DNA of 63,987 nt, counting the filler, from an uncultured Methanosarcinales archaeon (GTDB lineage Archaea; Nanobdellota; Nanobdellia; Woesearchaeales; UBA12501): assembly GCA_964397315.1 (NCBI GenBank). It is 4 parts of 4 records of this genome, joined end to end, with 100 filler letters (N's around TTAATTAATTAA, not from the genome) between each part and the next. Parts side by side here need not be neighbours in the genome. Positions count along the whole stretch, not along the records: positions 1 to 20,823 come from CAYNHV010000021.1; 3 more parts are not named here. One strand, given 5' to 3'. The number at the start of each line of letters is the position of its first letter. Within the stretch, counting starts at the first letter, position 1. Below, one piece after another: positions 9,788-18,665 of this stretch. The position numbers were made by a program, and so were the translations under genes. Below the pieces are notes generated by a model. The model was not told where the DNA came from and did no database searches. It worked only from the letters and a program-made list of their open reading frames with translations.

Positions 9788-10486
9788 CTAAATCTGGATT
9801 GAGGCTTTGTCGTTTCCTATCACAAATGAGTATTCTTTTGCGGTTTCAATGCTCTTTCCATCCTCTGATTTAAGCTTTATTGAGCCCTCCTTAATCTCTT
9901 CCACCCTGCCTTTCTTGCCTGTGTGGGCCCCGCCTGTAAGGTAGACATAAGCGCCCTTCTCCAGCTTGAAGTGGTCTTTTATCTCCAGGCCCGGCAGGCT
10001 TAGGAGAAGGGTGTCTCCTGTGCTGTAGGCTCTCTTGTCGTCATCTTTGAGGGTGATGTTCTTTGAGTCAAAAAGGTTAAGCTGGACTATGCCTTTCCTG
10101 ATCATGGTCTTGCCTGTTATCTTGCAGGGCTTTAACCCGCTTTCCTCCTTCTTTATTGGGGTTGATTTTATCTCCCCCTTCTCTCCCAGGATTATCCTGT
10201 GGTGCTCTCCTGTTTCAGGTATTGATACCACATCCATCAGGCCCACGGGCATCTTAAGCTCTTTCCTCTTCTTGCCGTCCACCAGCACCTCCTTTCTCTG
10301 GAGTATGTTCTTTGCTTCCCTTCTGGTGTTGGCGCATTTTATGAACTCTTTCATCACTGTCTCCAGGGAAACGCTTCTCTCATGGTCATGCGCTCCGGGA
10401 AGAGGCCTTGTAATCCAGTATGTCTTTTTCCTGTGAAGTTTCCAGCGCCTGGGCATCGCGAGCCTTTTCAAGTGATTTTTGACCAT
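9788..10486 (-). CDS. rps4e: 30S ribosomal protein eS4
   Basis: HLKRL..P..W, P.PGAH, VDGK..PVGLMDV; start at MVKNHL. Confidence 0.96.
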   Translation of the reverse strand: MVKNHLKRLAMPRRWKLHRKKTYWITRPLPGAHDHERSVSLETVMKEFIKCANTRREAKNILQRKEVLVDGKKRKELKMPVGLMDVVSIPETGEHHRIILGEKGEIKSTPIKKEESGLKPCKITGKTMIRKGIVQLNLFDSKNITLKDDDKRAYSTGDTLLLSLPGLEIKDHFKLEKGAYVYLTGGAHTGKKGRVEEIKEGSIKLKSEDGKSIETAKEYSFVIGNDKASIQI

Positions 10487-10490
10487 TTTG

Positions 10491-10922
10491 TTACCTCGTC
10501 TTGTTCTTTGTTCCTTCTTCAGGCTGTTTTTCGGTTTCCTTTTTCCCCTCTTTCGATCTCTTGAACCTTCTCTTGTCATTGAGGTTCAGCTCTGTTATGA
10601 CAAGGTTGGAGGCCTTGATGGGAGGTATCACTTTTGATCCCTCCCCCTTTATTATCTCTATTCCTGTTATGTATGCTGTGGCATTGCTGTGATCCACCCT
10701 GTCAACGCTGCCTGACTGTCCCCTGAATTTTCCCCTTGTCACCTTTACCTTGTCACCGCTGCGCAGGGTTGCGCTTCTGGTGCTGTGCTTTTTCTTAAGC
10801 TCTTTTGACAGGGGGCATCCCATGAGAGCCTGTCTTGTGTGATGGGCAGCGTTGAATGAGTATTTTCTCTGCTTCCTGGGCTGCTTGCTTGATCTCCACT
10901 TCTTTGACCATTCCTTTTTCAT
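10491..10922 (-). CDS. rpl24: 50S ribosomal protein uL24
   Basis: SKQPRKQRK, GD.V.V.RG.F.G..G KOW motif; start at MKKEWS. Confidence 0.96.
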   Translation of the reverse strand: MKKEWSKKWRSSKQPRKQRKYSFNAAHHTRQALMGCPLSKELKKKHSTRSATLRSGDKVKVTRGKFRGQSGSVDRVDHSNATAYITGIEIIKGEGSKVIPPIKASNLVITELNLNDKRRFKRSKEGKKETEKQPEEGTKNKTR

Positions 10923-10951
10923 TCTTATCTCCTGTTTATTATTCGTTTTTT

Positions 10952-11353
10952 TTAAACTATTATGCTGGCTATCTTGGCCACTCCTGCCCACCTGTCGCAA
11001 GCTTCCTTTGATATTGGCCCTTTGAATATTGTTCCCTTTGGATTTCCTTTCTCGTCCTTGACAACCACAGCTGCATTATCCTCAAATTTTATCCTTGTGC
11101 CGTCCGGCCTCCGGTATTCCTTTTTCTGTCTTACTATTACCGCGAAGACGACCTGCTTTCTCATTGCCTGGGTGCCTTTCTTTACTGATGCCAGGATCAG
11201 ATCCCCCACCCCTGCTGCAGGATACCTTCCCTTTACTGTCTTCTGGCCTTTAACCGAGACTATCTTCAGCAGCTTTGCTCCTGAGTTATCGCATGTTGGA
11301 ATGCACGTTCCCTGAGGAAGCGCCCGCGTTATCCTTGCTTTTGAGGCCAGCAT
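10952..11353 (-). CDS. rpl14: 50S ribosomal protein uL14
   Basis: DNSGAK, VRQKKEYRR.DG..IKFEDNA. Confidence 0.98.
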   Translation of the reverse strand: MLASKARITRALPQGTCIPTCDNSGAKLLKIVSVKGQKTVKGRYPAAGVGDLILASVKKGTQAMRKQVVFAVIVRQKKEYRRPDGTRIKFEDNAAVVVKDEKGNPKGTIFKGPISKEACDRWAGVAKIASIIV

Positions 11354-11368
11354 ATTGTTTACCTTCCC

Positions 11369-11815
11369 TTATTTTTCTTTTGTTTTGCCTGATTGATTTT
11401 TCTTTTCAGTTTCCTTCTTTTTGGTTTCTGATGTCCTCTTTTCCTGTTCTGTCTGTTTTTTCTTTTCGTTCTCTTTTGTTTCCTTTTCTTCTTCTGCCTT
11501 TTTTTCCTCTTCTGGAGAGCTTTTATTAACTATGACAAAATGCTTGGTCTTGCTGAGAGGCCTGCACTCTACCAGCAGCACGATATCCCCCTTCTGGGCG
11601 TTTATGCAGGGTGGGTTGTGCGCCTGCACGCTTGTGATCCTTGTTTCATACCTCTCATACTTTGGGAGCCTGTGCTTCCTCTCCCATCTTATTCTGGCTG
11701 TGTGGCGCGCCAGGGCGGACACTACCCTCCCCTTAAGCCTTTTCTTTCTTATCTTCAGCTGCCCGTGAAAAGGGCACTTCTTGTCTTCACAGCCCTGATT
11801 TGAGTCTTTCACCAT
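11369..11815 (-). CDS. rps17: 30S ribosomal protein uS17
   Basis: CED.KCPFHG, KYERYE, ECRPLSKTK.F; K/E tail. Confidence 0.97.
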   Translation of the reverse strand: MVKDSNQGCEDKKCPFHGQLKIRKKRLKGRVVSALARHTARIRWERKHRLPKYERYETRITSVQAHNPPCINAQKGDIVLLVECRPLSKTKHFVIVNKSSPEEEKKAEEEKETKENEKKKQTEQEKRTSETKKKETEKKNQSGKTKEK

Positions 11816-11817
11816 TT

Positions 11818-12081
11818 TCACCTTGCCTTCTTCTTTATCCTCTCTTCTGGTTTTCCCACAATCATTTCACCTTTGATATCCTTGTTCAGGCCGGGGAATC
11901 TCAGCGTTATGTTCTTTTTTATCAGCCTCTTGTCTCCTCTCTCTGTTTTTATTGTGATGCAGTTCCTTGTTTCATCAATTATTTTTCCTTTTATTCCCTT
12001 GTTTGAGCTGTTTTTTGATTCTGAAATCTCTGTATCTAAACCTATCAGCTCCTTTCTTGCAAGCTCCTTCATCTCTTTCAC
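11818..12081 (-). CDS. rnp1: Ribonuclease P protein component 1 (Rpp29/Pop4)
   Basis: ELIGL, GI.G.IIDET.N, G.PEERIK; operon position. Confidence 0.93.
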   Translation of the reverse strand: MKEMKELARKELIGLDTEISESKNSSNKGIKGKIIDETRNCITIKTERGDKRLIKKNITLRFPGLNKDIKGEMIVGKPEERIKKKAR

Positions 12082-12386
12082 TTCACTTCAATTGTTTCAG
12101 GAGCAAAGCCCATCTGAGTCAGCATGGACTTGACTTTCTGTTTGTGGTCTCCCTGAAGCTCTATCTTTCCCTCTTTGGAGGTTCCTCCGCAGGCGAGCTT
12201 GTGCTTCAGGGTTTTCAGCAGGTCTTTGAGGTTTATCTCCTTCTCGTCAATTCCTTCTATCACTGTGTAGTTCTTCCTGAACTTTCTTTTCTCTGTCTTT
12301 ATCACTATCTTTTGCCTTTCTTTTGCTATGGACTCACAAACGCACAAGTCCTTCGGCAACCCGCAAGTTGGGCATACATCAGCCAT
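12078..12386 (-). CDS. sui1: Translation initiation factor SUI1 (aIF1)
   Basis: CP.CGLP..LC.C, LK..LACGGT, IELQGDH. Confidence 0.96.
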   Translation of the reverse strand: MADVCPTCGLPKDLCVCESIAKERQKIVIKTEKRKFRKNYTVIEGIDEKEINLKDLLKTLKHKLACGGTSKEGKIELQGDHKQKVKSMLTQMGFAPETIEVK

Positions 12387-12636
12387 TTCTTTTTGTTCCC
12401 TCCTTGGTTTTTTCTTCTTCTCCAGCGCTTATTTTCTGGAGCTCTTTCTCTCTTAATAAAGTGAGTATCATTGCTATGCTCTTTTTTGTGTCCTTTATCA
12501 GGCCGGGGCTTTTTGGGGTTGTTCCTGTAGCTACCTGGGCATTGAGCTTTATGAGCTCCTTTCTCAGCTCATCCAGCCTCTTGTTGAGTTCACTCTCGCT
12601 CTGGTTCTTCAGCTCCCTTATCTTTCTTACTGACAT
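12379..12636 (-). CDS. rpl29: 50S ribosomal protein uL29
   Basis: ELR.EL.KL.AQ...G..P..PG.I...KK.IA..LT; start at MSVRKI. Confidence 0.92.
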   Translation of the reverse strand: MSVRKIRELKNQSESELNKRLDELRKELIKLNAQVATGTTPKSPGLIKDTKKSIAMILTLLREKELQKISAGEEEKTKEGTKRNG

Positions 12637-13396
12637 CCTCTTCCTCTTCAGGCTTTTTTGTTTCTTTGGCTTTATTTTCCTTGGCTTCATCCTCTTTTTC
12701 CGTGTCTTTTCCCTCTTCTTTACTTTCCTCCCTGCCCCTTTTATCTTCCCTCTTTTTTTCCTTCTTTTCTTCAGCATCAGCGACACCCTCTTCAGTTACA
12801 AGCTCTTTGAGCTTCATGTCATCAGGAAGCTTTGTGGTGGGGGGCATTATGCTCACTTTAATGCCTATGACTCCTGATTTGAGCCTTGATGTGGCGAGGG
12901 CCCTGTTAACCCCGCTTATGGCCAGATCCCCGCATTTTTTAAGGTAGCCCTGGTAGAATCTCCAGGACTTTGCCCTTGTGCTTGGCACTTTCCCTGATAT
13001 GACTATCTCAATTCCAAGAGCCCCTGCTGATGTCGCATCGGTCATTGCCCTGTGGGCAACTCCCTTAAATCTCTGGGGCCCGTATCTCTCAAGTGATGCC
13101 GCTATCCTCTCTGCAACTATCTGGGCATCCAGGTTTATGTTGTCCACTTCGCTTATCTCAATCTGGGGGTTTTCAAGCTTGAATCCTTCCTTGAGCTCCG
13201 CAGTGAGTCTTTTTATGTTCTCGCCTTTTCTTCCCACCACCAGGCCGGGGCGCGAGGCATATATTATTATCTTCTCTCCCAGAGGGGTCTTTTGTATTCT
13301 TGTGTGGCTGTGGCCGCTGTTCTTAAGGTTGCTCGTTATGAACTCCTCAATCTGCAGCTCTTTCATCCTGTCTTCCACAATCTTTCTTTCAATCAT
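12590..13396 (-). CDS. rps3: 30S ribosomal protein uS3
   Basis: KTPLG, RPG.V.GR.G, GALG.EI..SGK; K/E tail overlaps rpl29. Confidence 0.97.
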   Translation of the reverse strand: MIERKIVEDRMKELQIEEFITSNLKNSGHSHTRIQKTPLGEKIIIYASRPGLVVGRKGENIKRLTAELKEGFKLENPQIEISEVDNINLDAQIVAERIAASLERYGPQRFKGVAHRAMTDATSAGALGIEIVISGKVPSTRAKSWRFYQGYLKKCGDLAISGVNRALATSRLKSGVIGIKVSIMPPTTKLPDDMKLKELVTEEGVADAEEKKEKKREDKRGREESKEEGKDTEKEDEAKENKAKETKKPEEEEDVSKKDKGAEEPERE

Positions 13397-14085
13397 TTCT
13401 TTTCCCCTCCCCCGCTTTCAGCCTCTTTTTCCTTGGCGTCCTTATCATCCGTGGGTTTCTGCCCTGCACTTTGTCCTGCATTTTTTGAGGTTTCCTCTTT
13501 TTCCTTGTTTTTATTTTTGTCGTTTTTTTCCCTTTTGCTCTCTGCAGACACCTTGTTCTCTTTATTTGCTTCTTTCTTTTTAATCTTTTTTTCCTGTTCT
13601 TTCTGCTCCTGTTTCTGGGGGCTTTTTTCCTCCTTCTTTGAATCTTCAGCCTCCCCAACCACAATCTCAACGTGCGTTCTCTTTGCCTGCCTGCCCCTGT
13701 GCCTTCCGAACTTCAGTGGGCGCGAGGCTTTTTGTGATGCGATGTGCAGTATTTCCAGTCTGCTGGTGTTGATGCCTTTCTGCTGGCTGTTTGTCTCTGC
13801 TGACTTTAATATTTCAAGTATTGCTTTTGATGCCTTTGAGGGGTATCTTCCCCCAGTCATCTTTCCTCTCCTGTGCCCCACTCCGTCAGTGAATCTTTTG
13901 AAAGGCACAGCTCTTTTTTTTGCTGCAACCTCCTCAAGGGCGCCTTTTGCCTTTGCAACATTCACCCCCCTTATCATGCTGCTAATTTCTATTGCCTGCT
14001 TTGTTGATATAGGGAGGTCTCTCCCTATAGCGCATGACATGCTTTCCCTGTCATATCCCCTGAATGAATACTTTTTGTCTGACAT
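13393..14085 (-). CDS. rpl22: 50S ribosomal protein uL22
   Basis: IS.K...EI, VPFKR, GRYP.KA, THVE; long K/E tail. Confidence 0.96.
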   Translation of the reverse strand: MSDKKYSFRGYDRESMSCAIGRDLPISTKQAIEISSMIRGVNVAKAKGALEEVAAKKRAVPFKRFTDGVGHRRGKMTGGRYPSKASKAILEILKSAETNSQQKGINTSRLEILHIASQKASRPLKFGRHRGRQAKRTHVEIVVGEAEDSKKEEKSPQKQEQKEQEKKIKKKEANKENKVSAESKREKNDKNKNKEKEETSKNAGQSAGQKPTDDKDAKEKEAESGGGEKK

Positions 14086-14109
14086 CTGTCTGCCTCTTAG
14101 CTTGTCCTA

Positions 14110-14493
14110 TTACCTCACGGATATTGCTGCGCTTGATCTTGTAGCTCCGACTCCCGGCGAGCTGTGGGATATCTTTTTCCTTGTGAGCGCGAATTCACCA
14201 AGCCTGTGGCCTATCATCTCCGGAGCTATTGTAACAGGCACGAATTCCTTTCCATTATGCACTTTTATTGTCTTATTGACAAGCTCGGGAAGTATTACCA
14301 TGTCCCTGCAGTGAGTTTCTATATTGTTCTTATTCTTTCTTATCTTTTCCATAAGCGTTTTCTGCTGCTCTGTGAATCCTCTTTTCAATGACCTCCTGCT
14401 TGAGGATGGCAGAAGGGGCATAATCTCATTTAAGCTTAATGCCCTGACTTCCTCCAGAGTCATTCCCATGAATGAAAATTCTTTTTTTGCCAT
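14110..14493 (-). CDS. rps19: 30S ribosomal protein uS19
   Basis: [28 protein letters not shown]. Confidence 0.98.
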   Translation of the reverse strand: MAKKEFSFMGMTLEEVRALSLNEIMPLLPSSSRRSLKRGFTEQQKTLMEKIRKNKNNIETHCRDMVILPELVNKTIKVHNGKEFVPVTIAPEMIGHRLGEFALTRKKISHSSPGVGATRSSAAISVR

Positions 14494-14500
14494 TTTCTAA

Positions 14501-15211
14501 TCATTTCCTCCCTGTCCTTTTTGGCTTTAGCATTCCAACCTTTCTTCCAGGAGGGGCGTTCCCTGATGTGGGCCTTGCCTTGGATTTTCTGGATGATCGC
14601 GTGCCTCCGAATGGGTGGTCCACTGCATTCTGGGCTGCTCCTGAAACTTTGGGCCACAGCTTGTTCCTTGCTTTTTTCCTGTAAAAATTTCTTCCTGCTT
14701 TCAGGAGGGGCTTTTCAGGCCTGCCTCCTCCAGCGACAACACCTATGCACGCCCTGCATTTAGGGCTGAACCCCTTTTGTTTCTTTGAGGGCAGCTCCAC
14801 CACTATCCTGTCTTTTGTTTTGCTGAGCACTCTGGCAAAAACCCCTGATGATCTCACAAACTTTCCCCCGTCTCCCGGCGTTGCCTCTATATTGTATATG
14901 AGGGTTCCTAAGGGTATATTGTCAAGAGGGAGCACGTTTCCCTGTCCAGTCTCTGCTTCAGGGCCGGAAACCACAGAATCACCCACTTTCATGCCTTCTG
15001 CAGCAAAAGACAGCACATCCTCGCCGTTATCATATCTTATGTGGGTGAGGGGAGCTGAGTGGCCTGGACAGTGGAGTATGTCCACAACCGTTCCATTGAC
15101 GGTCTCCCCGCTGATCAGGTTGTTTTTTGCCCTTCCAAGATACCTGAATGCAGGTGCCCTGTATGTATGGCTTCCCTTTCCTCTTGCTTGCTGTATGAGG
15201 CGCTTTCCCAT
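14501..15211 (-). CDS. rpl2: 50S ribosomal protein uL2
   Basis: MGKR...Q.RG.G, PGDGGK..RSSG, NAVDHPFGG. Confidence 0.98.
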   Translation of the reverse strand: MGKRLIQQARGKGSHTYRAPAFRYLGRAKNNLISGETVNGTVVDILHCPGHSAPLTHIRYDNGEDVLSFAAEGMKVGDSVVSGPEAETGQGNVLPLDNIPLGTLIYNIEATPGDGGKFVRSSGVFARVLSKTKDRIVVELPSKKQKGFSPKCRACIGVVAGGGRPEKPLLKAGRNFYRKKARNKLWPKVSGAAQNAVDHPFGGTRSSRKSKARPTSGNAPPGRKVGMLKPKRTGRK

Positions 15212-15236
15212 TTTCCTTCTTTATGTCTTTCTCAGC

Positions 15237-15497
15237 TCACATTAATCCGAGCTCTGTGGCGATGTCTATTGCCGGATTCTCGTTTGAAAACTTTACATAA
15301 GCCCTCTTCTGGCCCTTCATGTTTATGAATGTGTTGACCTTGTCCACCTTCACATTGAATGTTTTTTCAACAGCATCCTTGATATCCTTTTTTGTGGCTC
15401 CCATATCCACTACAAATATCAGCTTGTTCTCGCTCTCCATGAGCCTTATGGATTTCTCTGTGGAAAGCGGGAATTTTATTGCCTGGTGGGCTTCCAT
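15237..15497 (-). CDS. rpl23: 50S ribosomal protein uL23
   Basis: P..TEK...L.E.EN.L.F.V, K.AYV. Confidence 0.97.
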   Translation of the reverse strand: MEAHQAIKFPLSTEKSIRLMESENKLIFVVDMGATKKDIKDAVEKTFNVKVDKVNTFINMKGQKRAYVKFSNENPAIDIATELGLM

Positions 15498-15503
15498 TTT
15501 TTA

Positions 15504-16520
15504 TCATTCCTTCTTTGACTGTGTTGGCTGCGCTTTTTTTGACTGCGCGCCTTTATTATCGGACTTGCTTTTTTGGGCTGCTTTCCCCCTGCCTGCCTTC
15601 TTTGCTGTTGGTTTTTTCTTTTCAGCAGGCCCCATCTTTTTCTTGTTTTTCTCGCTTTTGTTTTTGCCCTCTTTTTCCTTTTTTGTTTTCTTCTTTGACT
15701 CCCCTTTGTAGTCTGCTGTGAAAAGTTTTTCTTTTGCAAGCCTTTCCATGGCTGCTTCGGTGAATAGTGCCATCCTTCCAACTTGTGTTCCCGGCGCCAG
15801 CATTTCTGCATTGAGGTTCTGCACTTCTGCAGCATCCAGGCCGGGAATGTTGGCAGCGGTTTTTAGGAGGGGGCATTCCCTGGAAACGACTAATAGCGGT
15901 CCTTTTCTTGTCTTGTACTTCCTGCCTCTTGACTTGCCCCTGCCAGCCCTTATCTTAGACCCTGATGTCCTTTTAAGCTCTTTTTCAAGCCCAAGCTTCT
16001 TCAGGCTTTCCAGGAGCTTTTTTGTCTGGCTTATGCCCTCAATCTTGTCTTCTATAATAAAGGGGTATTCCTTTGGAAGTTGGTGCCCTCTTTTCTCCAC
16101 AAGCTCCCTTGTTATTGTTGAGGTGATTGCTGACCTTGTTGCTTTCCTTCTCTCTTTTGTGTTAATTTTTTTCCTGGAGTCCTTAAACTGCTTTGGGGGG
16201 TGGGCTCTCCTTCCCCCTACTGTTCCGGGTGCAAAGGCTCCGACCCAGTACATCTGCACGCCCCTCCTTGTCATCACCTTTCTTGGAACTCTTGATATGC
16301 CATGCCCGTAGCTTCCCCTGTATTTTCTCCTTCTTCTTGACACCTCAGCAGAGGCCCGCATTCCTGCATCAGGCTTTGCGCCGTAAGGCTGCCTTCTGTT
16401 TGCCTGGATGGCCTCCACAGCCCTTTTTATAAGGTCCGGCCTGACCAGCTCGTTAAACTGGGCAGGAAGCTCCTTCTTTCCTGTTATTGTCTTTGTTATG
16501 CTGAGCACGTCAAGTTTCAT
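15504..16520 (-). CDS. rpl4: 50S ribosomal protein uL4
   Basis: RPDLI.RA, GGRRAHPPK, RAG.GK.RGR, LAPG; Lys-rich tail. Confidence 0.97.
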   Translation of the reverse strand: MKLDVLSITKTITGKKELPAQFNELVRPDLIKRAVEAIQANRRQPYGAKPDAGMRASAEVSRRRRKYRGSYGHGISRVPRKVMTRRGVQMYWVGAFAPGTVGGRRAHPPKQFKDSRKKINTKERRKATRSAITSTITRELVEKRGHQLPKEYPFIIEDKIEGISQTKKLLESLKKLGLEKELKRTSGSKIRAGRGKSRGRKYKTRKGPLLVVSRECPLLKTAANIPGLDAAEVQNLNAEMLAPGTQVGRMALFTEAAMERLAKEKLFTADYKGESKKKTKKEKEGKNKSEKNKKKMGPAEKKKPTAKKAGRGKAAQKSKSDNKGAQSKKAQPTQSKKE

Positions 16521-16527
16521 TTTCAGC

Positions 16528-17511
16528 TTACCCCAGGATCACCCTCTGTATTGAGGGCGCATCTTTAGGGATTTTATTGTTCTGCCTTTCTGGAATTGTG
16601 AGCCTTATCATTCTCTTAGATGGCCCTGCAACAGAGCCTTTGAGCAGCAAGAAGGGGTTCTTTACCCTGCCATATCTGGGGAAACCGCCTTTTGGGTTTA
16701 TCTTTTCAATCTCGCTCTCGTCAATCCCTATCTTCATTATCCATTTGTTGTTCTCTTTTCTCTGATGGTATCCTGTCTGGCCTGCATGAGCTATCCTGTA
16801 CATGAAGTGGGCATGGCCTTTCCATCCTCCCAGGCTTCCCGGACCCCTTTTTGTCTTCTCTGACTTGTGAGGCCTTAAGCCTATGCCGAACCTCTTTACA
16901 GGCCCCTGCAGCCCCTTGCCTTTTGTTACAGCATGGGTGTCAACAAGCGCTCCTTCCTTGAATATGTCACCTATCCTTATCTCCTTTCCCAGGATGCTTT
17001 TTGCATACTCCAGTCTCTCCTTGATGCCGCCTCCAACAGCAACCTCAAAAATCTCGGGCTTCTTTTTTCCTATTCCTGTCAGCCTCGGCTGCGTGCACAC
17101 CAGCAGGGTCATGTCATCATAATTCTCTGGGTTGATTTTTTCAAGCTCCTTTTCCTTTGTCTGCTTTGGGAGCCTTATCTTTCTTGACAGGTCCTTTTCA
17201 GAACCCCCTACTATCTCTCCTGCTGTCTTCTTTCCATAAGTGTCTTTCTTGTACAGCTTTACAGAAACCGCCTTTAGAGGGGGGCACTCAAGTATTGTCA
17301 CAGGGCAGGATATGTCCTGGCCCTTTGTCTTGGATGACTTCCTGTTGTCAGTGTATAATACATGGGCCATGCCTGCCTTGTAGCCTGCAAATCCCATTGG
17401 CAGGGATTCTTTCCTGGCTGGCCAGGATCTGACTCTTGCGTACTGCCTTCTAGCCCTCTTCCTGGGCCAGAACTGCATTGACCCTGCTCTTGGCTTTCTT
17501 GTTGTTGGCAT
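16528..17511 (-). CDS. rpl3: 50S ribosomal protein uL3
   Basis: PR.GS..F.PRKRA, GYKAGM, TKGKG.QGPVKRFG. Confidence 0.98.
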   Translation of the reverse strand: MPTTRKPRAGSMQFWPRKRARRQYARVRSWPARKESLPMGFAGYKAGMAHVLYTDNRKSSKTKGQDISCPVTILECPPLKAVSVKLYKKDTYGKKTAGEIVGGSEKDLSRKIRLPKQTKEKELEKINPENYDDMTLLVCTQPRLTGIGKKKPEIFEVAVGGGIKERLEYAKSILGKEIRIGDIFKEGALVDTHAVTKGKGLQGPVKRFGIGLRPHKSEKTKRGPGSLGGWKGHAHFMYRIAHAGQTGYHQRKENNKWIMKIGIDESEIEKINPKGGFPRYGRVKNPFLLLKGSVAGPSKRMIRLTIPERQNNKIPKDAPSIQRVILG

Positions 17512-17964
17512 TTTCTGATTATTCAGCTACCTTACTCTAAATATCTGATATGGCCGTTGAAGAGACTTGAAAAGCTATTCTAAGCTAATAAGGCCTTATT
17601 ACCCTCCCTTGGATAAAAGAAAGCCTATTTGCAAGCCTTTCATTCAGAATGAATCCATTTACCTTTTGATTTTTCTGAAAGACTCTTCTCAGGCTTATTG
17701 GGTTTTCTCTCGCATTCAAACAGCTTCTCGTCTGTTTAAATACGCCGTAAGGTATGTTTGCGGTTTTTTTGGATTATTTATAAAGGTTTTGGTATTGTGG
17801 GTGCTATGGTGGGTCCTCAAGAAGGATATGCTGGAAAACTAAAGAATATCCCACAGAACAATCCCAACGCACGAGGGGGTAAGCAGAGTTAAGCAGGAGT
17901 CAAAGAATAGTCAAAAGACCAGAACAAAAGTTATTTAAATAGGGCTTGCAGGACGCACGTTGTT

Positions 17965-18624
17965 ATGAAAAAACTGATATTGGCCTTTTTATTGCTTGTA
18001 CTAGTGCTTCCTTTGGTAGCAGCCCAGCCTCCATTCAAGGACAATACTCCTCCAGGAAAGAGCAAGGACTCTGGAACAGCTGACAGGACATCCGGGGATT
18101 CAGAAGACACAGGCACCGAGGTGGTCTACGTCAACCAGACAGCTCCTGCCCGGGATGAGGGGCTTAACTGGGAGATGATAGCTGTTGTCATCGCAGTCAT
18201 AGGAACTATAATCGGCTGGTTTATCTCCAGAAGGATGAGAAGTAAGACAGCAAGATATCTTACAGAGATAGACAACATATACAAGCAGAAAAAGAGCAAC
18301 CCGCCTGCCTGCCAGAAGGGCCTGGAGAACATGAGGCAGAAGATTGATGAGGAATTCAAGAAGGGAAGGATAAATGACCAGGCCCTTTCCATTCTTGAGA
18401 AGAGAATTGACAAGTATTCTGGAGAGCTGAAAAGAGGGATCATTGACAGCAGGTTCACCCTGCCAAAAGACCTTGACAGGAAAGTTAAGCATATGCTTTC
18501 TGACGGAATAATAACCTCTGATGAATACAAGAACCTGAAAAATATTCTAAAGAAATCAGAGATGAGTGAGGATGAAAAGGAGAAACTGAGGAGCCTCATG
18601 GAAAGGTGGAAGCAGAAGGAATGA
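17965..18624 (+). CDS. Hypothetical membrane protein (signal peptide + TM + cytoplasmic helical domain)
   Basis: N-terminal signal peptide, TM MIAVVIAVIGTIIGWFI; TATA TTTAAATA upstream. Confidence 0.75.
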   Translation: MKKLILAFLLLVLVLPLVAAQPPFKDNTPPGKSKDSGTADRTSGDSEDTGTEVVYVNQTAPARDEGLNWEMIAVVIAVIGTIIGWFISRRMRSKTARYLTEIDNIYKQKKSNPPACQKGLENMRQKIDEEFKKGRINDQALSILEKRIDKYSGELKRGIIDSRFTLPKDLDRKVKHMLSDGIITSDEYKNLKNILKKSEMSEDEKEKLRSLMERWKQKE

Positions 18625-18665
18625 AAAAAAGATTGCCTCGCTGACCGCCCCGCCTGCTCAGTATA

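Noticed and set aside
5495..17432. Many long + strand F/S/L-rich ORFs
   Set aside because: They are antisense shadows of K/E-rich ribosomal protein genes.
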